A stretch of 60,990 nucleotides of DNA, filler included. It is 6 parts of 6 records of this genome, joined end to end, with 100 filler letters (N's around TTAATTAATTAA, not from the genome) between each part and the next. Parts side by side here need not be neighbours in the genome. Positions count along the whole stretch, not along the records: positions 1 to 11,690 come from SRR20825010_312; positions 11,791 to 41,968 come from SRR20825010_318; 4 more parts are not named here. One strand, 5' to 3'. Within the stretch, counting starts at the first letter, position 1, and each line of letters begins with the position of its first letter. Shown here one piece after another: positions 9,198 through 20,498 of the stretch. Both the position numbers and the translations under genes were made by a program. The notes below the pieces were generated by a model, which ran no database searches, was not told the DNA's origin, and worked only from the letters and a program-made list of their open reading frames with translations.

Positions 9198-11432
9198 ATG
9201 CGTAATGTTCAGAATTTCAATGCCGGCTGGGTGTTCTCGGAAGGCTTCGACGACGACGCGACCCGCGCCCTTCGCAATGGCGAGAAGGTGCGCCTGCCGC
9301 ATACCGCCGTCGAACTGCCCTTCAACTATTTCGACGAGAGGCTCTATCAGCGCGCCTTCACCTACCAGAAGGTGTTCGCCAATGAGCCCGACTTTTCCGG
9401 CAAGCGCGTGACCCTCGTCTTCGATGCCGCAATGGCGGATGCAGTCGTCTACCTCAACGGCACGGAGATCGCCGCGCATAAGGACGGCTATACCCCCTTC
9501 GAGGTCGAGATCGGTCCGCACCTGAAGGATGGCGACAATCTGCTGACGGTGAAGATCGATGGTTCGGAAAACCCGGAAATCCCGCCCTTCGGCAATGTCA
9601 TCGACTATCTGACCTTTGCCGGCATCTATCGCGATGTCTGGCTGAAGGTGACGGCCCCGGTCGCGATCGACAACGTCAAGATCGAAACGCCCGACGCGCT
9701 CGCCGACGCCAAGTCCGTGACCGCCGACGTGTTCCTGACCGATGAGACCACGGGCAAGCTCAGCGCGACGCTCAACGATGACGAAGGCAACACGGTAGCC
9801 ACCACCGAGACCTCCTTTTCGGGCAGAAAGGCGCGTCTTGAACTGTCCGGCCTGAAAGGTCTGAGGCTGTGGGATATCGATGACCCGGCGCTCTATACCC
9901 TGACCGTGACGCTCGACACCGAAGCCGGCACGGATGCGGTTTCAAGCCGTTTCGGCTTCCGCACCGCGTCCTTCGCCAGCGACGGCTTCCGCCTCAACGG
10001 CAGGCTTCTGAAACTGCGCGGCCTCAACCGCCACCAGAGCTTCTCGCATCTCGGCTACGCCATGGGCAGGCGCGGGCAGGAAAAGGATGCGGATATCCTG
10101 AAGTTCGAACTCGCCTGCAATACCGCCCGGACCTCACATTATCCGCAGTCGAAATATTTCCTCGACCGCTGCGACGAGATCGGCCTGCTGGTGTTCGAGG
10201 AAATTCCGGGCTGGCAGCATATCGGCGGCGAAAGCTGGAAGCAGGAATCGGTCGAGAATGTCCGCCGGATGATCACCCGCGACTGGAACCATCCGTCGAT
10301 CGTCATCTGGGGCGTGCGCATCAACGAGTCTGCCGACGACCACGATTTCTACGCCGAGACCAACCGGGTCGCCCGCGCGCTCGACGCCACCCGCCAGACC
10401 GGCGGCGTGCGCTGCATCGAAAACAGCGAGATGCTGGAAGACGTCTACACCATGAACGACTTCGTCCTCGGCGACGAGGAGCAGCCCGGCCGCAACCACC
10501 CGCGAATATCCACCCGCGACCAGAAACAGGTGACCGGGCTTGCCAAGACCGTGCCCTACATGATCACCGAATATAACGGCCACATGTATCCGACCAAGCG
10601 CTTCGACCAGGAAAGCCGACAGGCCGAGCACGTCACCCGCCATTTGCAGATGCTGAACGCGGTTGCCGGCGATCCGACGATAGCGGGCAGCACCGGCTGG
10701 TGCATGTTCGACTACAACACCCACAGCGATTTCGGGTCCGGCGACCGGATCTGCTATCACGGCGTAATGGACATGTACCGCGAGCCGAAATTCGCGGCCT
10801 ACGCCTACGCCTCGCAGGGCGACCCCGAGAATGGAATTGTGCTCCAGCCTGTCACCTTCTGGGCGCGCGGCGAGCGCAATATCGGCGGCGTGCTGCCGCT
10901 GATCATCCTGACCAATTGCGATTATATCGAACTCACCGTCGGCGACAGCGCGCCTAAGCGGGTGGAACCCGACCGCGCGGCCTATCCGCATCTCCCTCAC
11001 CCGCCAGTCATTCTTGACAGCCACAATGTCTCCGCCGAAGAATTCGGGGATTGGGGACGCCAGTGGTTCGACGGTACGCTGACGGGTTATATCGACGGCA
11101 AAGCGGTCAAGACGATGAAGCTTTCCGCCAACCCCGTGCCGACGACGCTCGAAATCGCGCCGGACGCGACCGAGCTGAGGGCAGGCGAAAAGGACTGCGT
11201 CCGCATCATCCTGCGCGCGCTCGACCAGTGCGGCAACATCATGCCGTTCTTCGATGAGCCGGTCGCGCTTTCGCTCGACGGCCCCGGTCGCATCGTCGGG
11301 CCACAGGTCACAAGCCTCAGGGGCGGCACTGCGGGGCTTTATGTCGAGGCGGGCGAGGAGACCGGCACGTTGACGCTTTCGGTTCGCTGCCCGCCATTTG
11401 CCGACGACACCGTCACCTTCACGCTCACCTGA
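9198..11432 (+). CDS. lacZ: Beta-galactosidase, glycoside hydrolase family 2
   Basis: GH2 motifs [43 protein letters not shown]. Confidence 0.93.
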   Translation: MRNVQNFNAGWVFSEGFDDDATRALRNGEKVRLPHTAVELPFNYFDERLYQRAFTYQKVFANEPDFSGKRVTLVFDAAMADAVVYLNGTEIAAHKDGYTPFEVEIGPHLKDGDNLLTVKIDGSENPEIPPFGNVIDYLTFAGIYRDVWLKVTAPVAIDNVKIETPDALADAKSVTADVFLTDETTGKLSATLNDDEGNTVATTETSFSGRKARLELSGLKGLRLWDIDDPALYTLTVTLDTEAGTDAVSSRFGFRTASFASDGFRLNGRLLKLRGLNRHQSFSHLGYAMGRRGQEKDADILKFELACNTARTSHYPQSKYFLDRCDEIGLLVFEEIPGWQHIGGESWKQESVENVRRMITRDWNHPSIVIWGVRINESADDHDFYAETNRVARALDATRQTGGVRCIENSEMLEDVYTMNDFVLGDEEQPGRNHPRISTRDQKQVTGLAKTVPYMITEYNGHMYPTKRFDQESRQAEHVTRHLQMLNAVAGDPTIAGSTGWCMFDYNTHSDFGSGDRICYHGVMDMYREPKFAAYAYASQGDPENGIVLQPVTFWARGERNIGGVLPLIILTNCDYIELTVGDSAPKRVEPDRAAYPHLPHPPVILDSHNVSAEEFGDWGRQWFDGTLTGYIDGKAVKTMKLSANPVPTTLEIAPDATELRAGEKDCVRIILRALDQCGNIMPFFDEPVALSLDGPGRIVGPQVTSLRGGTAGLYVEAGEETGTLTLSVRCPPFADDTVTFTLT

Positions 11433-11440
11433 GGTTTGCC

Positions 11441-11690
11441 ATGGCAGATGTTTCCCTCAACGCAATCCGCAAGTCCTTCGGCGCCATAGAGGTCATCAAG
11501 GGCGTCGATCTTGACGTCAGGTCCGGCGAGTTCATCGTGTTCGTCGGACCGTCGGGCTGCGGCAAGTCGACCCTGTTGCGGATGATCGCGGGGCTGGAGG
11601 ACATCACCGCCGGTTCGCTTGCCATCGGCGGCAAGGACATGACCGACGAGGATCCGGCCAAACGCGGCATCGCCATGGTGTTCCAGACCT
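11441..11690 (+). CDS. lacK: Sugar ABC transporter ATP-binding protein (3' truncated)
   Basis: Walker [20 protein letters not shown] and RGIAMVFQ; runs into the spacer. Confidence 0.88.
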
Positions 11691-11790
11691 NNNNNNNNNN
11701 NNNNNNNNNNNNNNNNNNNNNNNNNNNNNNNNNNTTAATTAATTAANNNNNNNNNNNNNNNNNNNNNNNNNNNNNNNNNNNNNNNNNNNN
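11691..11790. other. Artificial contig spacer
   Basis: N44-TTAATTAATTAA-N44 (stops in all six frames); abrupt composition change across it. Confidence 0.98.
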
Positions 11791-12899
11791 GAACTGCTCA
11801 TGCACTTCAACAAAGTGGCAAATACCAAGTAAATGTGTTGAGCATTATGCCCAGAGGAGGCAAGCCCATATCAGAATATCCGTATGAAACAACATATATT
11901 TCCATAAAATCCCGAGCGCTTAAAAGTTCACTTTTTTCCATCTTCAGAATTTTAGAAGGGATGGCCAGGTTATATTTCAGCGCAAAAAAGCAAAAGGCTG
12001 ATATTTATATACCCATTGGAATTGAAGATTTGGTAATCGTATATGTTATTTCAAAGTTTTTCAAGACCAAGTTCATATATTCTGCGAATGAACTGGAAGG
12101 TGACCGAAAAAGGGTGGGCAATAAAAAATTGAATAAGTTTTTGAATCGACAGGTCATTAAAATAGAGAAATGGATGTTGAATAAATCGAACGGGGTAATA
12201 GCTGCAGATCTGGAAAGGGCAAAGTTGATGGAAAAATGGTATGGTCTGGATAAAGTTGAGGTTATTAGAAATGTTCCCTCTTATGTGGATGTGGACAATG
12301 AAAACCTGATCAGGAAGGAACTAAACTTACCAAAGGCAAGTAAAATATTATTATACCAAGGTATGTTGTCTCCTGGAAGAGGACTGGAAGTATCGATAAA
12401 AGCCTGCGCAAAATCTAAAATCCAAAATAAAATCCATTTGGTTCTTCTGGGGTTTATTACAGAAGAATACAAGGACAAGTTATTAAAAACAGCTGGTGAT
12501 TTTGGATTCGCCAACTTGCATATTTTGCCCCCTGTACCTTGGAAAGAACTACTTTTTTGGACCAAAAGTGCGGATATTAGTTTAGTTTTAATCGAAAATG
12601 TCTCTATTAGCTATTATCTGGCAGCACCGAACAAACTATATGAAACCATAATGGTCGGAGTACCCTACATAGCCAGTAATTTTCCGGAAATAAAACACGT
12701 GCATGAAGTTGCAAAAGCGGGGATTCTGGTGAATCCTGAAAATGTAAACGATATAACCGAGGCAATTGATAAATTAAATGAGGACAAATTATTATACAAG
12801 AGTTGTGTTAAGTCTTCAAAATTTGCCAAAACGGTCTTTAACTGGAGCATAGAACAGAAAAAACTGTTGCAAATAATGGAGAATATTGATATTCAATGA
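11791..12899 (+). CDS. Glycosyltransferase family 4 (5' truncated)
   Basis: Frame open to the contig edge; LLYQG...GRGLE and PNKLYETIMVGVP GT-B motifs. Confidence 0.88.
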
Positions 12900-12919
12900 A
12901 TTTATAACAACGACCAAAC

Positions 12920-14032
12920 ATGATATTGGCCTACATCATATATCTTTTATTGTTGGTATTATTGTATACGGTTTCTTCCCATAACCAAAAATTACTTGTT
13001 GCCCGCAACAGCCTGGTTCGTATTGGAAAAAGAACGACCATTTGGAGATGGCCCCTTATGTTGGGCCTTTTTGTATTGATGCTCGTAATTGGTCTTAGGT
13101 ATGATGTGGGGGTTGATTTTTTAGGATATAAACATGATTTTGATGGTATAGCGGAGGGTAATGGCCAATGGAACAGATATGAACTCGGATATTGGTTAGT
13201 TGGACGTGTACTTAGCGCTTTAGGGCTGGGCTCGTGGAGCCTTTTCATGTTTACGGCTCTTATTACTTGGTATTATTTTATTAAAAGTTATGAGGTTTTC
13301 CCATATCTTTTAAAATGGGGTTTGTTTTTTGCCTTCACTACTGGATTCTTTTTTGCATCCATGAACGGGATGCGGCAAACCATCGCCTTGGTCATCTTCA
13401 TGTACGCAATTAAATATATCGAGGAAAAATCCTTGCTAAAATATTCCTTGTACTTATTGCTGGCATTTTCCTTTCACACCAGTATTTTGATGGCATACCC
13501 ATTTTATTTTTTCATTAACAAAATTTCCTTTACTGGCAAAAAGTGGGTTTTCATCTATATTGTCACCTTTATAATTGGTGATAGGATAGATGTCAGGAGC
13601 TTGGTAGTTTATGGAGCTTCAAAGATTCCGAAATACCAACATTATGTAACACGTTTTTTACAAGACTTCGACGAGCCATTGAGTATGGGTTTGGGGGGAA
13701 TCTATTTTTTCTTGGTTGGCCTCCTTGTTATTATCCTTTCAAAAAGCTTTCTACAGAAAAACCCCAGGCTCAAAATCTATTACAATTTATATTTTTTTGG
13801 TGCCATACTTTATAATTTCTTTTGGAAGTATGAGATTTTAGGACGAATCTATTATTTGTTCATTTGGTTTGAAATTTTTTGTCTTGCGGCAATTGCGTAT
13901 TATTTGGGCAGGTCAAAGTACAAGCTATTCCTATATTTGTTATTGATAACCCAGATTTTATTTTTTATGTACAAAATATTGAAGGGGGAAAACCAATGTG
14001 CACCATTTCAATTTATACCAATAAATAACTGA
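12920..14032 (+). CDS. EpsG-family polysaccharide polymerase (Wzy-like)
   Basis: Polytopic membrane protein with GLRYDVGVDF..Y, E.GY, NGMRQ and FHTS motifs. Confidence 0.85.
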   Translation: MILAYIIYLLLLVLLYTVSSHNQKLLVARNSLVRIGKRTTIWRWPLMLGLFVLMLVIGLRYDVGVDFLGYKHDFDGIAEGNGQWNRYELGYWLVGRVLSALGLGSWSLFMFTALITWYYFIKSYEVFPYLLKWGLFFAFTTGFFFASMNGMRQTIALVIFMYAIKYIEEKSLLKYSLYLLLAFSFHTSILMAYPFYFFINKISFTGKKWVFIYIVTFIIGDRIDVRSLVVYGASKIPKYQHYVTRFLQDFDEPLSMGLGGIYFFLVGLLVIILSKSFLQKNPRLKIYYNLYFFGAILYNFFWKYEILGRIYYLFIWFEIFCLAAIAYYLGRSKYKLFLYLLLITQILFFMYKILKGENQCAPFQFIPINN

Positions 14033-14065
14033 TAACTATTAGTTTCGAATGATAAAATAAGGTAT

Positions 14066-14677
14066 ATGAAAAAACTCATTTATTATTGGGCTAAATTTTT
14101 TAAAAAAATAAGGGGCAGTGCAATAGCACACTCAAAAATTCATCCTACATCAAAGGTCGAGGCAGGTACCAATTTTGTAAACTCCTCAATGGACAAACAT
14201 TCATTCTGTGGCTACAATTGCGACATAAACCATGCCGAGATAGGATCTTTTTGTTCCATAGCCAATGGAGTCATAGTTGGTGGAGGGATGCATCCAATCG
14301 ATTGGGTTTCCACATCTCCTGTGTTTTATGAAGGAAGGGATAGTGTAAAAAAAAAATATGCCACACACAAGCGTAAGGAAATCCTTGAGACAAAAATCGG
14401 CCATGATGTTTGGATTGGTCAAAATGTACTTATAAAACAAGGCGTTACCATTGGGACGGGGGCAGTGGTGGGAATGGGTAGTGTTGTCACAAAAGACGTA
14501 CCCCCATACACGATTGTAGGTGGAGTACCGGCCCTCGAGATAAAGAAAAGATTCTCAGAATCGATTATAGCCGAACTGTTAAAATCTGAATGGTGGAACT
14601 TTACTGATGAGAAACTTATAAGGTTGGCAGTTTATATTAGGGACCCAAAACTTTTCATCCAAAAAATGAATGAATGA
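14066..14677 (+). CDS. CatB/Vat-related hexapeptide O-acetyltransferase
   Basis: [39 protein letters not shown]. Confidence 0.9.
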   Translation: MKKLIYYWAKFFKKIRGSAIAHSKIHPTSKVEAGTNFVNSSMDKHSFCGYNCDINHAEIGSFCSIANGVIVGGGMHPIDWVSTSPVFYEGRDSVKKKYATHKRKEILETKIGHDVWIGQNVLIKQGVTIGTGAVVGMGSVVTKDVPPYTIVGGVPALEIKKRFSESIIAELLKSEWWNFTDEKLIRLAVYIRDPKLFIQKMNE

Positions 14678-15834
14678 AAATACTACACTGTTGTTTGGCG
14701 GCTTTTTACATAGATAATTATGGATATCAAGAAAACATTCTGCCTAAGCTGCATAAAATACAGGGGCACGATATTGAAATCGTCGCATCTACAGAAACCT
14801 ATTTGGACAATAAGGCACTAGGATATGTGGAACCAAGTGTTTATGTTAACGAAAACGGAATCCCTGTTTCCAGAATTCCATATGTAAGCTGGCTGCCTCA
14901 CATATTAGTAAAGAAATTAAGAATTTACAGCGGTCTTGGAGAGGTACTGTCCAGATTCGAACCAGACATTATATTTTTGCACGATTCACAATTTTTGAGC
15001 ATCAATCAAATTGTACGTTATGTGAAGAAAAAAAAGGATGCCAAAGTATATGTGGATGGGCATACAGATTTCATAAACAGCGCAAGAAATTGGGTTTCCA
15101 AAAACATTCTACACAAAATAATCTATAGGTATTGTGTAAAAAAAATAGAGCCATACACCACAAAATTTTACGGCACCTTACCTTTGCGGGTCGAATTTTT
15201 CAAAAATGTATATGGAATTGATGAAAGAAAAGTTGAACTTCTCGAGTTGGGAGCTGATGATAGCTCATTTGATTTTGCTCAACGGGAAAACATTAGAAAG
15301 AGCACGAGGAAAAAATTAAAGCTGGAAGAAAATGATTTTGTCATTGTTACTGGAGGCAAGATTGATAGAAGGAAGAATATTCATTACTTGATGAGGGCAA
15401 TGGAAGTCTTAAAGACAGACAACATCAAGCTTATTATATTTGGATCGCCCAACAACGAGATGAAAGCTGAAATAGAAAGGTTGTCCGCCAACAAAAACAT
15501 AATATTTTTAGGGTGGCTTTCATCTCAAGATATATATTCTATTTTGTTTGCTTCCGACCTTGGCTTTTTTCCGGGTACCCATTCAGTATTATGGGAACAA
15601 TCTGTGGGAGTTGGGCTGCCATGTGTTTTTAAGAAGTGGAACAACATAGATCATGTAGATGTGGGTGGAAACTGTGAATTTCTTGATGAGGTCACAGTTA
15701 AAAGCATAGCAAATAAAATATTGGACATATACAAAAACAAAGAGCTATACTCAAAAATGAAAACAAATGCTATGGGAAGGGGAGTAGAAAGATTTACCTA
15801 CTCCAAAATAGCCAAAAGAGCGATCGAACAATAA
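14674..15834 (+). CDS. Glycosyltransferase family 4
   Basis: YGYQEN N-terminus, [22 protein letters not shown]; inside the polysaccharide operon. Confidence 0.85.
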   Translation: MKILHCCLAAFYIDNYGYQENILPKLHKIQGHDIEIVASTETYLDNKALGYVEPSVYVNENGIPVSRIPYVSWLPHILVKKLRIYSGLGEVLSRFEPDIIFLHDSQFLSINQIVRYVKKKKDAKVYVDGHTDFINSARNWVSKNILHKIIYRYCVKKIEPYTTKFYGTLPLRVEFFKNVYGIDERKVELLELGADDSSFDFAQRENIRKSTRKKLKLEENDFVIVTGGKIDRRKNIHYLMRAMEVLKTDNIKLIIFGSPNNEMKAEIERLSANKNIIFLGWLSSQDIYSILFASDLGFFPGTHSVLWEQSVGVGLPCVFKKWNNIDHVDVGGNCEFLDEVTVKSIANKILDIYKNKELYSKMKTNAMGRGVERFTYSKIAKRAIEQ

Positions 15835-15863
15835 TTAAGTAAAAACGTAAAGAGGAATCTATA

Positions 15864-16994
15864 ATGGAATATCAGATATGCGCAAATTGTGTAATGGATA
15901 CAACAGACTCAAAAATTGTTTTTGACGAAAATGGAGTATGTGACCATTGCAATACATTCTATAATGATATTTTACCCTATTGGCACACGGATGAACGAGG
16001 GGAAAAAAGATTGAAGGAAATTGTGGCCAAAATAAAAAAGGAAGGAAAGGGGAAGGATTTCGATTGTCTAATGGGAATGAGTGGGGGAATAGACAGTTCT
16101 TACTTATTATATGCCATGAAGGAAAAATATGGTTTAAGACCTTTGGTGTTTCATGTTGATGCCGGATGGAACTCACAAATTGCCGTCAATAATATTGAGC
16201 GTTTGGTGGACGGTCTTGGTCTCGATCTTTATACAGAAGTCATAAATTGGGAAGAAATAAAAGATTTGCAGTTGGCGTTTTTTAAATCAGGAGTGCCACA
16301 TATAGATACACCTCAGGATCACGCATTTTTTGCAACCATGTATAAATTTGCCTCTAAGCATAAAATCAAATATATTCTTACTGGGGGCAACTATTCAACA
16401 GAATGTGTTAGAAATCCATTGGAATGGATGTATTATCAGTCAGATTCGATTCAACTAAAGGATATTTATAAAAAACACGGTACCGGGAAACTTAAAGATT
16501 ATCCCGTAACCAATATCTTGTGGCATAAAGTATATTTGCCATATTTTAAAGGAATAAAGCTGATTAGGCCATTGGACTATATTCCATACAATAAGGATGA
16601 GGCCATGCAATTTTTGGTTGACAATTATGGTTACCAAAAATACCCTCAAAAACATTTTGAATCACGCTTTACCAGATTCTATGAAGCATATTGGCTGCCA
16701 AAGAAATTTGGATATGACACGAGAAAAGTTCAGTTTTCAAGTTTGATATTAACAAACCAAATGACTAGGGAAGAAGCATTGGAAGAACTTGAAAAGCCTG
16801 CTTACAACCCAATAACTATAAAACAGGATTTTGAATTTGTGGCCAACAAATTGGGCATATCCGTAGAAGAGTTGCAAGGCTATATGGATGAGCCCAACAA
16901 AACATATAAAGACTACAAATCACAAGAAAGCATCTATAACATTGGAGCAAAGGTGATGCGGATGTTTGGACTTGAAAAAGGAGGAAAGCGATGA
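15864..16994 (+). CDS. N-acetyl sugar amidotransferase (WbuX/WbpG family)
   Basis: CxxC..CxxC N-terminus, PP-loop SGGIDSS, KHFESRFT, MTREEAL. Confidence 0.9.
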   Translation: MEYQICANCVMDTTDSKIVFDENGVCDHCNTFYNDILPYWHTDERGEKRLKEIVAKIKKEGKGKDFDCLMGMSGGIDSSYLLYAMKEKYGLRPLVFHVDAGWNSQIAVNNIERLVDGLGLDLYTEVINWEEIKDLQLAFFKSGVPHIDTPQDHAFFATMYKFASKHKIKYILTGGNYSTECVRNPLEWMYYQSDSIQLKDIYKKHGTGKLKDYPVTNILWHKVYLPYFKGIKLIRPLDYIPYNKDEAMQFLVDNYGYQKYPQKHFESRFTRFYEAYWLPKKFGYDTRKVQFSSLILTNQMTREEALEELEKPAYNPITIKQDFEFVANKLGISVEELQGYMDEPNKTYKDYKSQESIYNIGAKVMRMFGLEKGGKR

Positions 16995-17605
16995 TAAAAA
17001 TCGTAAATTATGGATCTGGGAACATTCAGGCCATTTTAAATATTTATAAACAGTTGGATATAGAATGTGTAGTTGCTGAAAACCCAGAACAACTTGGCGA
17101 CGCTACAAAGCTGATTTTACCTGGTGTTGGTGCTTTTGACGAAACAATGCAGGAGCTTTTGGATTCTGGGTTTCAGGCTGAATTAAACCGATTGGTACTG
17201 GAAAACAAAATACCGGTCTTGGGAGTTTGTGTTGGCATGCAGATATTGGCAAAACGCAGTGATGAGGGAAAACTGCAGGGTCTAGGTTTCATCGATGGGG
17301 AAGTAAAGAAGTTTGACAGTAACATTTTTGAGCACAAACCTCACTTGCCGCATTTGGGATGGAACAGTATCGAGCCAGTAAAAAGGCATCCTATTTTTGA
17401 TAATATAGGATTTGAAGAAGGGTTTTATTTTCTTCACACCTACTATTTTTCCTGTAGTTCAAAAGATGATATCCTAGCCACAACCGAATATGGACTTGAA
17501 TTTTCTTCAGCAGTGAACCACGAAAATATTTTTGGTATGCAATTCCACCCAGAAAAGAGCCATAGCAACGGGATTCAATTATTTAAAAACTTCGCAAACC
17601 TATAA
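16991..17605 (+). CDS. hisH: HisH-like glutamine amidotransferase (polysaccharide-locus paralog, WbuY-like)
   Basis: LPGVGAF, LGVCVGMQ and QFHPEKS catalytic motifs. Confidence 0.9.
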   Translation: MIKIVNYGSGNIQAILNIYKQLDIECVVAENPEQLGDATKLILPGVGAFDETMQELLDSGFQAELNRLVLENKIPVLGVCVGMQILAKRSDEGKLQGLGFIDGEVKKFDSNIFEHKPHLPHLGWNSIEPVKRHPIFDNIGFEEGFYFLHTYYFSCSSKDDILATTEYGLEFSSAVNHENIFGMQFHPEKSHSNGIQLFKNFANL

Positions 17606-17608
17606 TCT

Positions 17609-18373
17609 ATGCTTCGCTCAAGAATAATACCTTGTTTGTTGGTAAAGAACAAAGGACTTGTAAAGACTGTTCAATTCAAGGAAGGTAAGTATGTCGGCGA
17701 CCCCATAAATGCGGTAAAAATATTTAATGAAAAGGAAGTGGACGAACTTATGGTCCTCGATATCGATGCCACAAAAGAAGGAAGGGAACCGGACTTTGTA
17801 ATGATCGAAAACCTTGCCAACGAATCCCGAATGCCATTATGCTATGGAGGAGGTGTTAAAACAGTGGAACATGCCAAAAAAATTATTCATCTGGGGGCAG
17901 AAAAGGTAGCACTTAGTTCAGCTGTAATTGAAAATCCAAACTTAGTGACCGATATCGCGAACGCAGTTGGAGTGCAAAGTGTTATTGTAGTACTAGATGT
18001 AAAAAAGAAGGGGTTATTCGGCAAGTATCAGGTATACACAAACAACGGTACTAAATCCACAGGAAAGAATCCTGTAGATCTTGCTAAAAAATTTGAATCC
18101 CTTGGAGCAGGAGAAATTGTAGTCAATTCCATTGACAATGATGGTGTAATGAAAGGTTATGATATTAATTTAATCGACTTGGTAAGATCTGCAATAGATT
18201 TACCATTAACTGTATTGGGAGGAGCCGGTAGCTTGGAAGACATTAAAAATGTTATCGCCAAATACAAGATTATTGGTGTGGCAGCCGGAAGCCTATTTGT
18301 TTTCAAGGGAAAGTTTAAGGCCGTTTTGATAAACTACCCCAATAAAGAAGAAAAAAGAAAATTACTGAGCTAA
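17609..18373 (+). CDS. hisF: HisF-like protein (AglZ/WbuZ-type acetamidino-modification paralog)
   Basis: RIIPCLL, VGDPINAVKIFNEKEVDEL, AAGSLFVF; follows the amidotransferase and hisH. Confidence 0.88.
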   Translation: MLRSRIIPCLLVKNKGLVKTVQFKEGKYVGDPINAVKIFNEKEVDELMVLDIDATKEGREPDFVMIENLANESRMPLCYGGGVKTVEHAKKIIHLGAEKVALSSAVIENPNLVTDIANAVGVQSVIVVLDVKKKGLFGKYQVYTNNGTKSTGKNPVDLAKKFESLGAGEIVVNSIDNDGVMKGYDINLIDLVRSAIDLPLTVLGGAGSLEDIKNVIAKYKIIGVAAGSLFVFKGKFKAVLINYPNKEEKRKLLS

Positions 18374-20494
18374 ATGAAGCAGATAATCCAAGATATAAAG
18401 AACGGGGAAACAATATTGGAAGAAGTGCCAGTACCCAAGGTAAAATCAGGTCATGTTCTGATCAAGACCAAAAAATCGTTGGTGTCCCTAGGTACTGAGC
18501 GTATGTTGGTCGAGTTTGGAAAGGCAAATTTTATCCAAAAAGCCAAACAACAACCAGATAAAGTAAAAATGGTTTTGGACAAAGTAAAGACCGATGGCCT
18601 AAAGCCTACAATAGATTCTGTCCGCAATAAACTGAACCAACCATTGCCTCTAGGGTATTGTAATGTGGGCGAAGTAATTGGTGTAGGTAAAGGTGTAACG
18701 GAATTTCAAATTGGTGATCGTGTTGCCTCGAATGGAAATCATGCAGAATATGTGAACATCCCCAAAAATTTGGTGGTTAAAATTCCTGATAACGTTACTG
18801 ACGACGAGGCTACTTTTACTGTTATTGGCGCCATTGGGTTGCAAGGTATAAGATTATTGAACCCAACTTTTGGTGAAACTATGGTAGTGGTTGGTCTTGG
18901 TCTTATAGGTTTGGTAACAGCTGAACTGCTTATGGCAAATGGATGCAATGTTATTGGTTTTGATTTTGATCCCGATAAGGTAAGGATAGCCGCGGAAAAG
19001 GGTATTAAGGCCATAAATCCGGCTGAGGGTACCGATCAAGTAAAATTTGTTGAATCTTATACCAAGGGAATAGGTACCGACGGAGTAATTATCACCGCAT
19101 CCAATAAAAGCAATGAGATTATTTCACAAGCAGCCAAAATGTGTAGAAAAAGAGGAAGGGTTGTCTTGGTTGGGGTTATTGGTCTAAACATTAGTAGAGC
19201 AGATTTTTACGAAAAAGAAATTTCATTCCAAGTATCTTGTTCCTATGGCCCTGGAAGATATGATGAGGAATACGAACAAAAAGGTAATGATTATCCAATC
19301 GGATATGTCCGTTGGACCGAAAAAAGAAATTTTGAAGCCATATTGAACGCGATTTCAAAAGGCACTGTAGATGTAAAACCTTTAATTACTGAGCGAGTAC
19401 CATTAAAGGACTTTCAAAATATTTATGGAGATATGAGCGGTTCCAAGTCAATTGCCTCAATTTTGGAGTACAATCAGGAAAGTGAACCAAGCAGTACCGT
19501 AACCATAAAGGAAACTTCCTTTGAAGGTAAAAAGGGGATTATTGGAATTATTGGAGCTGGTAACTTTACAAGCTCAACCATTTTACCCAATTTAGAAAAA
19601 TTGAATGCCCATATAAAATATATTGGCAGCTCAGGGGGGTTATCCTCCACGATTATGGCTAAACGCTATTCAATCGCGAAGTCCACTTCGGATTATCATG
19701 AGATCCTGGGAGATAATGAAGTGGATTTGGTCTTAATTACAACAAAGCACAATATGCATGCACCAATGGTGCTGGAAACCTTAAAATCGGGAAAAAGTGT
19801 TTTTGTTGAGAAACCTTTGGCATTGACCTATTCCGAAATTCAGGAAATAATAGATGTATATAGAGACCAAAATGTTAGTTTAAACGTCGGCTTCAATAGA
19901 AGATTTGCCCCGATTGCAAAAAGGATGAAACAATTATTGGGCAATAATAATAGCCCAATGAATATCGTAGCAACTATGAACGCCGGATTTATACCCTCGG
20001 ATGTTTGGGTACATGACATGGAAATAGGGGGGGGCAGAATAATTGGAGAAGCCTGTCATTACATCGATTTGTGTAATTATTTATCAGGGAGCAATGTTAA
20101 AGCTGTATGCATGAATGCGATGGGGATGAACCCAAAAGAAAACACGGATAATGCCAGTATTCTTCTAAAATACGAAAACGGTGCCAATGCAACAATCAAC
20201 TATTTTTCAAATGGCAGTAAAGCATATTCCAAAGAGCGTGTAGAAGTGTATTCCCAAGGAAGAACCATGATCATGGACAATTGGAGAAAATTGAAGACTT
20301 ATGGTTTTAAGAACGGGAAGAACATGTCCTCCAAACAGGACAAAGGGCATTTTAACCAGTTTAAAGAATTAATACATCAACAGCAAAATGGGGGGAATCC
20401 AATTATTTCATTTGATGAAATAATTAACACAAGCAAGACCTCCATTGCAGCTATAGAATCTTTACAAAGGCAACAATGGATCACAATTGAATAG
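18374..20494 (+). CDS. Bi-domain oxidoreductase (Zn-ADH-like + Gfo/Idh/MocA)
   Basis: SLGTE, GLGLIG, SCSYGPGRYD, RWTEKRN, then IGAGNF, VEKPL, VGFNRRF, GEACHYID. Confidence 0.9.
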   Translation: MKQIIQDIKNGETILEEVPVPKVKSGHVLIKTKKSLVSLGTERMLVEFGKANFIQKAKQQPDKVKMVLDKVKTDGLKPTIDSVRNKLNQPLPLGYCNVGEVIGVGKGVTEFQIGDRVASNGNHAEYVNIPKNLVVKIPDNVTDDEATFTVIGAIGLQGIRLLNPTFGETMVVVGLGLIGLVTAELLMANGCNVIGFDFDPDKVRIAAEKGIKAINPAEGTDQVKFVESYTKGIGTDGVIITASNKSNEIISQAAKMCRKRGRVVLVGVIGLNISRADFYEKEISFQVSCSYGPGRYDEEYEQKGNDYPIGYVRWTEKRNFEAILNAISKGTVDVKPLITERVPLKDFQNIYGDMSGSKSIASILEYNQESEPSSTVTIKETSFEGKKGIIGIIGAGNFTSSTILPNLEKLNAHIKYIGSSGGLSSTIMAKRYSIAKSTSDYHEILGDNEVDLVLITTKHNMHAPMVLETLKSGKSVFVEKPLALTYSEIQEIIDVYRDQNVSLNVGFNRRFAPIAKRMKQLLGNNNSPMNIVATMNAGFIPSDVWVHDMEIGGGRIIGEACHYIDLCNYLSGSNVKAVCMNAMGMNPKENTDNASILLKYENGANATINYFSNGSKAYSKERVEVYSQGRTMIMDNWRKLKTYGFKNGKNMSSKQDKGHFNQFKELIHQQQNGGNPIISFDEIINTSKTSIAAIESLQRQQWITIE

Positions 20495-20498
20495 ATGA

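Noticed and set aside
178..11024. Long antisense and alternative-frame ORFs (e.g. 178-1554, 1873-2751, 6442-8106, 8352-9521, 10134-11024)
   Set aside because: Shadow ORFs expected opposite genes in GC-rich DNA; no recognisable motifs and they overlap well-supported genes
14066..14677. Possible chloramphenicol/streptogramin resistance gene
   Set aside because: Embedded in and coupled to the glycan operon; sugar O-acetylation is the simpler explanation
16991..18373. Histidine biosynthesis operon
   Set aside because: No other his genes; context with the sugar amidotransferase indicates glycan-modification paralogs
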